Origin: Heterodontus francisci
Lineage: Eukaryota
Direction of reading: 5' to 3'
Length of the DNA: 64,000 bases
Assembly (NCBI RefSeq): GCF_036365525.1
Contig: NC_090403.1
Location: 44,703,095-44,767,094 of the forward strand
Shown here: positions 1 through 11,396 of the stretch, piece after piece
How positions within the stretch are numbered: the stretch's first letter is position 1
How the letters are laid out: the number at the start of each line of letters is the position of its first letter
Program-made: the position numbers and the translations under genes
The notes under the pieces: generated by a model
Seen by the model: the letters and a program-made list of their open reading frames with translations, nothing else
What the model was told of the DNA's origin: nothing
Databases searched by the model: none

Positions 1-133
1 CATGAAGGTAGATAACAGCACAGTAGACATACAAGATGAAAAAAATTAACTTTCAGTATTATGACTTTACATTAATATCTCAGAAACTCATTTCTGGTTC
101 TTACATCTTACAAAAGATCATCGTAAATGAGTC

Positions 134-796
134 TTAAATGTCCATTTTTCCTTCCTCTGCTTTTGCGTTCCCTTCATCCTTTCCACTGTCCTGTTTCTGG
201 TCCTCTTTGCCAGGATTTAGCCGGGGAGTGGTTGTTATATCAGAGGTGATGTTGATGGGGATGGTTTGTTCGTTCACAGCTGGCAGTGCCAGGCGTGGGG
301 CCTGAACCTTTAACCGACCGTCCTGTGACAAACAGCAGTTAAGAGCTTGAGAATCGACATCTTCTGGCAGCTGAAATTCTCTCCTGAATTCTTCATATTT
401 GTAGCTGTAAGAGCCGCTACCATCGTCACTTTTCTTCTCGTGTTTTCCTGTCACCAGCACTTTTCTTCCAAGTACTTTCACCCTCAGTTCTTCTGGGGAG
501 AATCGCTGGACATTCAGGGACAGGGAAAAGCCATCTCCATCCTTGTCCTCTGATTGACTTTTACCTTCTTCATTGTCATCAGGTCTGTTGTCCTGATTTC
601 TTGGTCTTTCCTCCCAAAATTCTTTTGCCAGCTCCTCAAAAACTCGATTGATGAAGTTCTTGCTCTTTCTCGCTTCTTCCATCTGTTTCCACATGTTGCA
701 TTCAAGCGGCTCAAAGACTGTGTGTGGAACAGGCCACAATGTGCACACAGGCTGTTGGCACAGACGTGAAGGGTGGAAAGCCCGACAGCTCAGCAT
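134..796 (-). CDS. HSP30/HSPB9-like small heat shock protein, copy 1 (220 aa, intronless)
   Basis: ATG at 796 (MLSCRAFHP); alpha-crystallin domain (FSLSLNVQRFSPEELRVKV...VTGKHEKK...EFRREFQLPEDVD...LSQDGRLKVQAP) and C-terminal IPI motif; upstream TATA and HSE. Confidence 0.93.
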   Translation of the reverse strand: MLSCRAFHPSRLCQQPVCTLWPVPHTVFEPLECNMWKQMEEARKSKNFINRVFEELAKEFWEERPRNQDNRPDDNEEGKSQSEDKDGDGFSLSLNVQRFSPEELRVKVLGRKVLVTGKHEKKSDDGSGSYSYKYEEFRREFQLPEDVDSQALNCCLSQDGRLKVQAPRLALPAVNEQTIPINITSDITTTPRLNPGKEDQKQDSGKDEGNAKAEEGKMDI

Positions 797-889
797 TGTC
801 TCTGCCTCTTCTCTCACTTCTCTCAAAGCCGACTGATGTGAACTCCCAATCTTCAGTCTCTGATCTGCTGCAGCACTCAGAGCACACGC

Positions 890-1040
890 CTTATATATTC
901 TACTGCCAGAAATCCAGACACTTCCAGAATGAAGGTTGCTGAGTTCATATCACGTGAGCAGAAAAGAATGTCTCCACATCAACCTTGTATTAAACAAGAC
1001 TCACTTCACCAAATGACAGAGGGACAGTTCCAGAACTGTC
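890..1040 (-). promoter_or_regulatory. Heat-shock promoter of copy 1 (TATA, HSEs, E-box)
   Basis: Minus-strand TATATAA at ~891-897; TTCCAGAA HSE cores at ~922-929 and ~1028-1035; CACGTG at 951-956. Confidence 0.75.
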
Positions 1041-2280
1041 TAGCATGTACTGAAAGAGTGACAACACAGGTGGGAGGAGCCTACATGGAGCACTGCTTCA
1101 GATGATTTTGTTTTGAATATAATAACTGGAATAGAGGATCTTAAATCTCCCTAAATTCTCCATTTGTTCCAATAACTCCCTTGAATTCTCAGTAATCTTT
1201 ACTTCCCAATGAAAAATCAGAGTGTGACATAAACTGGACAGGATAGAGAATGGAGTTCTCTACTGCCTTTGTCACCAGATCGTTTCCTAAATTGTGTACG
1301 AAAATCGGTATTTATGTTCTTAAAGCATTGTAGGGAGCTGCGTAATGATATAGAATGAAGATATATTTTCATTTATGTAAGAAAAGCTAATTTCAAGAAG
1401 TTGTGTGAGGGAGGAGGCATGAAGAGAGATGTAACATCAACTTAAAAAATCAGCCACAACACAAAGAATATAAAGAAAATTACACTTGGAAAAAGATGAT
1501 TTGAGAATTAGGTCGACTCAAAACTGTCTGAGACAAGGAACTCAGCCGGCTGGGGACACTCACTGAGTGGTACAGTCCCTAGAAAGTGAATACCATAATG
1601 GGCACAGCTGGTAAAAAAAAACATTCGTCAGTCTTGGAGTCAGTGTTTAGCTGATTTTTCTGTGATTATGAGGATGAGAGGCTTTTAAACAGGATCAGCC
1701 TGTATAATTGCTGATAACAAAATACTGTCTATGAAATATCTCCTCCAGACTGTAGGAATTTGAAGACCATCACTCCATCATCTCGGAATACTGGACAGCA
1801 ACATATTACCATAGCAATGCATGGTGGCAGATTAAACAAAAGACAAGAGAACTGATGGCTCTCTGTGGGGTAGACTCAGAACTTCACTTCATTTAAACCA
1901 GACTGATTTGAATTTCACTCTATTTCACTCTGTTCTTCTGTTGCTAAATATCACTTTAACATCTTGACAGTGAATGAAAAGAGCAAAGCTCGAAAGCCAT
2001 GGACCGACTTCATCATAATGTTACTTTATACTTCATTAAGGAGAACACTTCCAGTTCTTAGCAAACATCACTTTACTACAGGCTCTGCCTCCTGCGAGGC
2101 TGTCAATCATTAACATTGCCCCTCCCATCTGTGCTGTCACTGACTGAGTACATTCCAGAAGTCTCTGGAATTAGTCCAGTGGGTGTCACTGAGCCGAGTC
2201 ATTCTTGTTTAAGGCAAGGCTGAGATGAAACGTCAGTTATTTTCTGCTCACGTGTAATAAACCCAGCAATGTTTAGCTAA
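940..2280. repeat. Intergenic spacer of divergent pair 1, near-identical to the reverse complement of ~7665-9015
   Basis: e.g. 940-1000 reverse-complements to ~8950-9010, and 2221-2290 to ~7655-7725. Confidence 0.92.
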
Positions 2281-2320
2281 TTCTGGAAGTGTCTGGATTT
2301 CTGGCAGTAGAATATATAAG
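2150..2320 (+). promoter_or_regulatory. Heat-shock promoter of copy 2
   Basis: TTCcaGAAgtcTCtgGAA at ~2153-2170, CACGTG at 2249-2254, TTCtgGAA at 2281-2288, TATATAA at 2313-2319. Confidence 0.8.
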
Positions 2321-2413
2321 GCATGTGCTCTGAGTGCTGCAGCAGATCAGAGACTGAAGACTGGGAGTTCACATCAGTCGGGTTTGAGAGAAGTGAGAGA
2401 AGAGGCAGAGACA

Positions 2414-3061
2414 ATGCTGAGCTGTCGGGCTCTCCACCCTTCACGTCTGTGCCAGCAGCCTGTGTGCACATTGTGGCCTGTTCCACACACAGTCTTTGAG
2501 CCGCTTGAATGCAACATGTGGAAACAGGTGGAAGAAGCGAGAAAGAGCAAGAACTTCATCAATCGAGCCTTTGAGGAGCTGGCAAAAGAATTTTGGGAGG
2601 AAAGACCAAGAAATCAAGACAACACACCTGATGACAATGAAGAAGGTAAAAGGCAATCAGAGGACAAGGATGGAGATGGCTTTTCCCTGTCCCTGAATGT
2701 CCAGCGATTCTCCCCAGAAGAACTGAAGGTGAAAGTACTTGGAAGAAAAGTGCTGGTGACAGGAAAACACGAGAAGAAAAGTGACGATGGTAGCGGCTCT
2801 TACAGCTACAAATATGAAGAATTCAGGAGAGAATTTCAGCTGCCAGAAGATGTCGATGCTCAAGCTCTTAACTGCTGTTTGTCACAGGACGGTCGGTTAA
2901 AGGTTCAGGCCCCACGCCTGGCACTGCCAGCTGTGAACGAACAAACCATCCCCATCAACATCACCTCTGATACAACAAGCACTCCCCGGCTAAATCCTGG
3001 CAAAGAGGACCAGAAACAGGACAGTGGAAAGGATGAGGGGAACAAGAAAGCGGAGGATTGA
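2414..3061 (+). CDS. HSP30/HSPB9-like small heat shock protein, copy 2 (215 aa)
   Basis: ATG at 2414; intact alpha-crystallin domain; TGA stop 5 codons earlier than copies 1/3; AATAAA at 3266-3271. Confidence 0.93.
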   Translation: MLSCRALHPSRLCQQPVCTLWPVPHTVFEPLECNMWKQVEEARKSKNFINRAFEELAKEFWEERPRNQDNTPDDNEEGKRQSEDKDGDGFSLSLNVQRFSPEELKVKVLGRKVLVTGKHEKKSDDGSGSYSYKYEEFRREFQLPEDVDAQALNCCLSQDGRLKVQAPRLALPAVNEQTIPINITSDTTSTPRLNPGKEDQKQDSGKDEGNKKAED

Positions 3062-3597
3062 AAAATGGACATTTAAGACTCATTTACAATGATCTTTTGT
3101 AAGATGTAAGAACTGTTTATATGCAGAAATGAGTTCCTGAGATGATATGAAGTTAAAATACTGAAAATTAATTCTTTTCCTCTTGTATGTCTGCTCTGAT
3201 GTTATTTGAATTCATGTGAATTATTTATATTCATGTGAACTATATATATATATATGTATTGAAAGAATAAATATTTTGGAAAAGTAATAGTGATGATTCA
3301 GTTGCTAATTTTAGAAAATGATAGTGACTTTATCCAATTCAAAGGTTAGGCACTTAATTCCCTTCACTCTCAGTAAAGGCACTTATTTTAATTTAAATTA
3401 AAATCCAGAGAACGGATTCTATACGTCAAAATCTGTCTCAAATGGAACTCAATCCAGCACAAAATATCAAAACATTGCACAGACCCAGTGCACCAATAGG
3501 TGAGTACATCTGTGTACGCAGAGGTATTCTCTGCAGCCTCACAATGATCAGTAACAACAGCTTGTCTTCCAACACAGGCACCAGACGGTACGCCAAA

Positions 3598-4903
3598 TCC
3601 ACTCGGGCAAATTACCACCCCATCAGTCTACTCTCAATCATCAGCAAAGTGAAGGAAGGTGTCATCGACAGAGCTATTAAACGACACTTACTCAGTGACA
3701 ACCTGCTCACTGATGCTCAATTTGGTTTCGCCAGAGCCACTCAGCTCCAGACCTCATTTCAGCATTGGTCCAAACATGGACCAAAGAGCTGCATTCCAGA
3801 GGTGAAGTGAGAGTCATTGGCCCTCGATATCAAGGCAGCATTTGACTTACTGTAGCAATAAAGATCTCTAACAAAACTAAAGATAATGGGAATCAGGGGG
3901 AAATCTCTCCACTGGTTGGAGTCATACCTAGCACCGAGGAAGATAGTTGTGGTTTTTGGAGGTCAGTCATATCACCCCAAGGCATTGCTGCAGGAGTTCC
4001 TCAGGGATGTGTCCTAGGCCCAACCATCTTCAGCTGCTTCATCAATGATCTTCCCTGTAACATAAGGTCAGAAGTGGGGATGTTTGCTGATGATTCTACG
4101 GTTTTTATTATAATTCACCGCTCCTCAGATACTGAAACAGATTGTGCTCGTAGGCAGCAAAACCTGGACAAGATTAAGGCTGGGGCTGATAAGTGGCAAA
4201 TAACATTCGCGGCACACAAGTGCAATGCAGTGACCATCTCCAAGAGATGGTCTAACCATCTTTCCATATCATTCTACAGCATTACTATCGCTGAATCCCC
4301 CACCATCAACATCCTCGGGGGTGTTAGCATTAACCAGAATCTTAACTGGACCAGCCATATAAATACTGTGGCTACAAGAGCAGGTCAGAGGCTGGGAATT
4401 CTGCAGCGCGTAACTCACCTCCTGACTCTGCAAAGCCTGTCCACCATGCACAAGTCAGGAGTGTGATGGAATACTCTCCACTTGCCTGAATGGGGGCAGC
4501 TCCGAAAACACTCGAAGTGACACCATCCAGGACATAGCAGCCTGCTTCATCAGTACCCCATCCACAACAATGTTCACTTCCTCCACCACCAGTGCACAGT
4601 GGCAGCAATGTGTATTATCTACAAGATGCAGTGCAGCAACTCACCAAGGCTCCGTCGACAGCACCTTCCATACCCATGGCGTCTACCACCTAGCTGGACA
4701 AGGGCAGCAAACACATGGGAACACCACCACCTGTAAGTTCCCCTCCAAGTCACACACCATCCTGAGTTGCAAATACATCATTGTTCCTTCACTGTCGCTG
4801 GGTCAAAAACTTGGAACTCCCTCTCTAACTACAATGTGAATGTGCCGACACCTCACAGACTGCAGAAGTTCAAGAAGCTGATTCACCATCACCTTCTCAA
4901 AGG
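3598..4903 (+). mobile_element. Non-LTR retrotransposon (CR1/L2-group LINE, 'family A'), decayed RT and 3' end
   Basis: RT fragments YHPISLLSIISKV, LLTDAQFGF, GVPQG, MFADDS, NWTSHINTVATRAGQRLGIL with frameshifts and stops. Confidence 0.85.
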
Positions 4904-5134
4904 CACATAATCTTGAAAATGAATTTTAAAAACTGAGAAGGACGAGGAGATTTTGTTTTTAAGCAGCTGTTAACTGGAATGGAATGTCTGAAAGAGTGGT
5001 GGAAGCAGATTCAATGGCAGCTTTCAAAAGTGAAATGTATATATATACCAACAAATAAATAATTTGCAAAGCTTTGAGCAAAGAGCAGGGGAGTGGGAAT
5101 AATTGGATAGGATTTTCAAAGAGGTGAGACCAGG

Positions 5135-5720
5135 GATGAGTTGCTCACCGCAGATTTCCCAGCCTCTGACCTCCTCTTATAGCCACAGTATTTATATGGC
5201 TGGTCCAGTTAAGTTTCTGGTCCAATGGTAACCCCCAGGATGTTGTTAGTGGAGGATTCAGCGATGGTGATGCTGTTGAATGTCAAGAGGTGATGGTAAG
5301 ATTCTCTCTTATTGGAGATGGTCATGGCCTGGCTTTTGTGTGGCACAGATATTACTTGCCACAAATCAGTCCAAGCCTGAACGTTGTGCAGGTCTTGCTG
5401 CATGGAGACACGGACTGCTTCAGCATCTAAGGAGTTGTGAATGGTGCTGCACATCGTACAATCATCAGTTCAGAAGCACAAGTCATCAGTACTAAAGTTG
5501 TGATATTGTCAGGGCCCTTAGCCTTTGCTATTTCCAGTGCCTTCAGAGTTTCAATTGTCTGAAGATGGTTGAAAATGCTTCAGCCGTGTCTTTTGCACTG
5601 ATGTACCAGACTCCGCCATCGTTGAGGATGGGAATGTTTTGCAGCTGCCTCCTCCAGTTAGTTGTTTAATTGTCAACCACGATTCATGACTGGATATGGC
5701 AGGACTGCAGAGCTTTGATG
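5135..5720 (-). mobile_element. LINE family A fragments
   Basis: Reverse-complement similarity to 4100-4420; ORF ...QAMTISNKRES...ITIAESS. Confidence 0.75.
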
Positions 5721-6868
5721 TATTAATATATTGACTGAGAACATCAACATTGACAACAGTTTATTGATGTCATGTAGCAATGTTTTACTTTACTTTTGTA
5801 TTATGAGATTAAATCAGTAATCGTGATGGCCCTACAATTAATGTTGGTTAAAGCTCCCAATATTATAACTTCCCTGAAAGGTTAAATGACAATTTCTATA
5901 ACACACAAGATTCTCCTACGAACTGCAACATGAATCTTTACTCCCTGCTGTGTTTTTGTGAGGGTAGCAATTAAATATATTCCAGGTTTATTAGAAGTTC
6001 ATTTTGAGTTTATGTTTATACATCATTTAATACTTCACTACTGGATCACTTGTGGCATTTCTTGTGTGTAGTCTGGGACCTGTGGTACGATTCTTCATGT
6101 TTCCCGCTGTCCTGCATCATAATGAACTCGGGCAGTTTGTCCGTCACTGTAATACCTTAAACTTACTGATGGAATAGAACTATTGAATGACACTGCGAAA
6201 AATATGACACATCTTACTGATACTGAAAGGTACAGACCTCAAGGGTAGAGGATTAGTCATACTGTTGAACAAAAACTTTATAAAACACCCTTATGATGCA
6301 AGTAACTTTGCTTTTTCCCCCAGTAATTTATATTGAACAGATATCCCAATGAAAGAGGCTTCCACCATCCAGTAAATGAATGGTGTACTGTCTGGCGCCT
6401 GTGTTGAAAGACAAGCTGTTCTTGCTTCTCATTGTGAGGCTGCAGGGAATACCTCTGGATAGAGAGATGTCCTCGTCTATTGGTGCACTGGGTCTGCACA
6501 ATAAATCTTTTTTAATGGATCGAGTTCAGTTTAAAGCAGATCATGACATATAGAATCCTTTCTCTGGCTTTTGAGTTAAATTAAACTGACTGTCTTTACA
6601 GAGAGTGAAGGGAAGTAAGTGCCTCGGTTTTGAATTCAATCATATTATTTTCTGTTTTTCAAGTTAACAAGCGGACTCATTGTCATTACTTTTCCAAAAG
6701 GTTTATTGTTTCAATAGATATGTATAAATAATTCACATGAAGGTAGATAACAGCACAGTAGACATACAAGATGAAAAAAATTAACTTTCAGTATTATGAC
6801 TTTATATTAATATCTCAGAAACTCATTTCTGGTTCTTACATCTTACAAAAGATCATCGTAAATGAGTC

Positions 6869-7531
6869 TTAAATGTCAATTTTTCCTTCCTCTGCTTTTG
6901 TGTTCCCTTCATCCTTTCCACTGTCCTGTTTCTGGTCCTCTTTGCCAGGATTTAGCCGGGGAGTGCTTGTTGTATCACTGGTGATGTTGATGGGGATGGT
7001 TTGTTCGTTCACAGCTGGCAGTGCCAGGCGTGGGGCCTGAACCTTTAACCGACCGTCCTGTGACAAACAGCAGTTAAGAGCTTGAGCATCGACATCTTCT
7101 GGCAGCTGAAATTCTCTCCTGAATTCTTCATATTTGTAGCTGTAAGAGCCGCTACCATCGTCACTTTTCTTCTCGTGTTTTCCTGTCACCAGCACTTTTC
7201 TTCCAAGTACTTTCACCCTCAGTTCTTCTGGGGAGAATCGCTGGACATTCAGGGACAGGGCAAAGCCATCTCCATCCTTGTCCTCTGATTGACTTTTACA
7301 TTCTTCATTGTCATCAGGTCTGTTGTCCTGATTTCTTGGTCTTTCCTCCCAAAATTCTTTTGCCAACTCCTCAAAAACTCGATTGATGAAGTTCATGCTC
7401 TTTCTCGCTTCTTCCATCTGTTTCCACATGTTGCATTCAAGCGGCTCAAAGACCGTGTGTGGAACAGGCCACAATGTGCACACAGGCTGCTGGCACAGAC
7501 GTGAAGGGTGGAGAGCCCGACAGCTCAGCAT
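6869..7531 (-). CDS. HSP30/HSPB9-like small heat shock protein, copy 3 (220 aa)
   Basis: ATG at 7531; intact alpha-crystallin domain; minus-strand AATAAA at 6702-6707; 3' UTR nearly identical to copy 1. Confidence 0.93.
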   Translation of the reverse strand: MLSCRALHPSRLCQQPVCTLWPVPHTVFEPLECNMWKQMEEARKSMNFINRVFEELAKEFWEERPRNQDNRPDDNEECKSQSEDKDGDGFALSLNVQRFSPEELRVKVLGRKVLVTGKHEKKSDDGSGSYSYKYEEFRREFQLPEDVDAQALNCCLSQDGRLKVQAPRLALPAVNEQTIPINITSDTTSTPRLNPGKEDQKQDSGKDEGNTKAEEGKIDI

Positions 7532-7619
7532 TGTCTCTGCCTCTTCTCTCACTTCTCTCAAACCCAACTGATGTGAACTCCCAGTCTTCAGTCTCTGATC
7601 TGCTGCAGCACTCAGAGCA

Positions 7620-7795
7620 CACGCCTTATATATTCTACTGCCAGAAATCCAGACACTTCCAGAATTAGCTAAACATTGCTGGGTTTATTACACGTGAGCA
7701 GAAAATAACTGACGTTTCATCTCAGCCTTGCCTTAAACAAGAATGACTCGGCTCAGTGACACCCACTGGACTAATTCCAGAGACTTCTGGAATGT
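7620..7795 (-). promoter_or_regulatory. Heat-shock promoter of copy 3 (copy-2-type spacer end)
   Basis: TATA ~7626-7632, TTCCAGAA ~7657-7664, CACGTG 7691-7696, distal HSE ~7774-7792. Confidence 0.75.
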
Positions 7796-9015
7796 ACTCA
7801 GTCAGTGACAGCACAGATGGGAGCTGCAGTGTTAATGATTGACAGCCTGGCAGGAGGCAGAGCCTGTAGTAAAGTGATGTTTGCTAAGAACTGGAAGTGT
7901 TCTCCTTAATGAAGTATAAAGTAACATTATGATGAAGTCGGTCAGTGGCTTCGAGCTTTGCTCTTTTCACTCACTTTCAAGATGTTAAAGTGATATTTAG
8001 CAACAGAAGAACAGAGTGAAATAGAGTGAAATTCAAATCAGTCTGGTTTAAATGAAGTGCAGTTCTGAGTCTACCCCACAGAGAGCCATCAGTTCTCTTG
8101 TCTTTTGTTTAATCTGCCACCATGCATTGCTATGGTAATATGTTGCTGTCCAGTATTCCGAGATGATGGAGTGATGGTCTTTAAATTCCTACAGTCTGGA
8201 GGAGATATTTCATTGACAGTATTTTGTTATCAGCAATTATACAGGCTGATCCTGTTTAAAAGCCTCTCATCCTCATAGTCACAGAAAAATCAGCTAAACA
8301 CTGACTCCAAGACTGACCAATATGTTTTTTTTTACCTGCTGTGCCCATTATGGTATTCACTTTCTAGAGTCTGTACCACTCAGTGAGTGTCCCCAGCCGG
8401 CTGAGTTCCTTGTCTCAGACAGTTTTGAGTCGACCTAATTCTCAAATCATCTTTTTCCAAGTGTAATTTTCTTTATATTCTTTGTGTTGTGGCTGATTTT
8501 TTAAGTTGATGTTACATCTCTCTTCATGCCTCCTCCCTCACACAACTTCTTGAAATTAGCTTTTCTTACATAAATGAAAATATATCTTCATTCTATATCA
8601 TTACGCAGCTCCCTACAATGCTTTAAGAACATAAATACCGATTTTCGTACACAATTTAGGAAACGATCTGGTGACAAAGGCAGTAGAGAACTCCATTCTC
8701 TATCCTGTCCAGTTTATGTCACACTCTGATTTTTCATTGGGAAGTAAAGATTACTGAGAATTCAAGGGAGTTATTGGAACAAATGGAGAATTTAGGGAGA
8801 TTTAAGATCCTCTATTCCAATTATTATATTCAAAACAAAATCATCTGAAGCAGTGCTCCATGTAGGCTCCTCCCACCTGTGTTGTCACTCTTTCAGTACA
8901 TGCTAGACAGTTCTGGAACTGTCCCTCTGTCATTTGTTGAAGTCATTCTTGTTTAATACAATGTTGATGGGGAGACATTCTTTTCTGCTCACGTGATATG
9001 AAGTCAGCAATCTTC
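7665..9015. repeat. Intergenic spacer of divergent pair 2 (inverted copy of 940-2280)
   Basis: Near-identity by eye to the reverse complement of spacer 1. Confidence 0.92.
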
Positions 9016-9060
9016 ATTCTGGAAGTGTCTGGATTTCTGGCAGTAGAATATATAAGGCGT
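8905..9060 (+). promoter_or_regulatory. Heat-shock promoter of copy 4 (copy-1-type spacer end)
   Basis: TTCtgGAA at 8911-8918 and 9017-9024, CACGTG at 8990-8995, TATATAA ~9050-9056. Confidence 0.72.
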
Positions 9061-9148
9061 GTGCTCTGAGTGCTTCAGCAGATCAGAGTCTGAAGACTGG
9101 GAGTTCACATCAGTCAGGTTTAGAGAAGTGAGAGAAGAGGCAGAGACA

Positions 9149-9772
9149 ATGCTGAGCTGTTGGGTTTTCCACCCTTCACGTCTGTGCCAGCAGCCTGTGT
9201 GCACATTGTGGCCTGTTCCACACACAGTCTTTGAGTCGCTTGAATGCAACATGTGGAAACAGGTGGAAGAAGTGAGAAAGAGCATGAACATCATCAATCG
9301 AGTCTTTGAGGAGCTGGCAAAAGAATTTTGGGAGGAAAGACCAAGAAATCAGGACAACAGACCTGATGACAATGAAGAAGGTAAAAGGCAATCAAAGGAC
9401 AAGGATGGAGATAGCTTTTCCCTGTCCCTGAATGTCCAATGATTCTCCCCAGAAGAACTGAAGGTGAAAATACTTGGAAGAAAAGTGCTGGTGACAGGAA
9501 AACACGAGATGAAAACTGACGATGGGAGCAGCTCTTACAGCTACAAATATGAAGAATTCAGGACAGAATGTCAGCTGCCAGAAGATGTCGATGCTCAAGC
9601 TCTTAACTGCTGTTTGTCACAGGACGGTCGGTTAAAGGTTCAGGCCCCACGCCTGGCACTGCCAGCTGTGAATGGACAAACCGTCCCCCTCAATATCACC
9701 AGTGATACAACAACCACTCCCCGGCTAAATCCTAGCAAAGAGGCCCAGAAACAGGATAGTGGAAAGGATTAA
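9149..9772 (+). pseudogene. HSP30-like copy 4, nonsense-disrupted
   Basis: ATG 9149; CGA>TGA at codon 98 (9440-9442) early in the alpha-crystallin domain; frame continues to a second stop TAA at 9770-9772 (Glu codon in paralogs); several private missense changes. Confidence 0.85.
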
Positions 9773-10199
9773 GGGAATTGCCAAGAAGCTGAAAAGAAAG
9801 TGGATGTTTTGGGCTCGTTTACAATCAACTTGAGCTTAAATGACAGAGTAATTTAATGCTAGCAGAAATAGATTCATGTGAATCTGAAGAATGTGAATTA
9901 TTTCTTTGCTGTATGTCTGAAACATTCCTTCTGTTCCACATATTTGTTTTTGATGAGTATTGTATTTAAAATGTTATATTTTGGCAATAAATTAAAAACT
10001 TCTCACTTTATGTTTGTTCATTTCAAAATAGACAATTGTGCAATTTTATCATTTATATCGAACTTCAAATTCTGTTGCAGGTTCATGTCTGAAGACAGTG
10101 TGATTTAAAGGAATTGTAGGTTTACATTAACATTCTGCAAAGCCGCTTTGAGTGGAAATGAATCTCGGTAAACTGTTGTTTTGGCAGTCCTCTGCATTA

Positions 10200-10935
10200 A
10201 GAAAAACCCTAATCCTCAAAAACCCACCCTGGACCTGTCTGTCTTCTCCTGCTACTGCTCGTCTTTAGCCTCTACTGACACTCTTGGGCCTTCAAATGTG
10301 TCATCACATCGCAGCGCTTTGCCCATCTCTGCCCATTAAAATCACTTCAGTCTGATTTCCACCCCTCTCACAGCATCAAGTCTGCCCTTACCAAAGACTC
10401 AAAGGATGTCCTCCGTGACTCTGATAAACTATCCTTCCTTGTCCTGAAATGATTGACTACGTATTTGTCCACCTTCACTTTTCAACCATTCTTCAACTCT
10501 GTGTGATGGTCTTCATTTAGCTGTACTCCTGTATGTTCAGATGGAGCCAGTGCACCTTCTGCAATTTATTCTCTTCCTGTTTCTGCAGTATAACTTTAGG
10601 AGACAGCACCCACCACCACCACACCCACCCCTCCAAGACTTCATCATGGTCTCCCTTTTCGTGTTGATCTACATGTTGGCCTTCAGTCCTGTAACTCAGA
10701 GATACAGGGTCAGCTTCCGTATCTATGCTGACGGCACCCTTAACCCCACATCTTTCTCTATGCTGTTGCATTGCTTGTATGACCATCGTAAATGAGTTAA
10801 AGCTTTCTCCAAATGAACATTGGGAAGGCTGAAGCCATTGTTTTCAGCCTCCGCCATAACCTGTATTCTTTGTCAAAGACTCCATTCACCAGCTGTTCGC
10901 AGGGTGAACTGAACCACGTGAATGAAACCTTGGCA
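10200..10935 (+). mobile_element. Old L2-like LINE fragment
   Basis: Degenerate RT text (...IYADGT..., LQMNIGKAEAIVF). Confidence 0.55.
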
Positions 10936-10967
10936 TTTTGTACAAGAGTTAGAATCATTGAATCAAA

Positions 10968-11300
10968 GGGCTCGATTTTTCAGCTCCATCCTGCTTCTGG
11001 GCCATTTATGCGGAGGCGGGATTGGGGCCGGCAGGGCCACCCGCCTGCATGTGGTGGGTAGCCGATCAGGCTCATTAAGGGCCTAATTGAGGCCAATTAA
11101 AGGAGGCCAACTGAAATTTTCCAGTCAGCCTCCAGATTCCTGCAGGTGAAGGCGGACAGTTTAGGTGCCTGGAGGCGGACATCTGGCAGCAAGCTGTGGG
11201 GGAGACCAGCACTCCAGGCAGGCCTAGAGGCCCTTCCTGCAGAAGTAGCCACAGGCCGCCAATTAGAGAAATTCCACACCACCCCACCCCCACCCAATCA
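10968..11300. mobile_element. GC-rich non-autonomous DNA transposon fragment
   Basis: Starts GGGCTCGATTTTTCA, like the TIRs at 16801 and 52830; right end not seen. Confidence 0.4.
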
Positions 11301-11396
11301 TTCTTTAAGGTAGGGAATTACACATTTTTTCTAATTTTTCATGTACCATGAGTCCTTGTTTCCAGCTTTATCTTTAATTAATATTTTAGGTGTGCT

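Noticed and set aside
797-826. N-terminal extensions (MREVREEAET) in the ORF track
   Set aside because: They begin at TTG/GTG; the first ATG, in Kozak context ACAATG, is MLSC
347-942. Recurrent antisense and alternate-frame ORFs over every HSP30 copy
   Set aside because: Shadow ORFs that recur only because the genes are recent duplicates; most start at non-ATG codons
9440-9442. In-frame TGA as selenocysteine or programmed readthrough
   Set aside because: It replaces an Arg CGA, no SECIS was recognised, and other disabling changes accompany it
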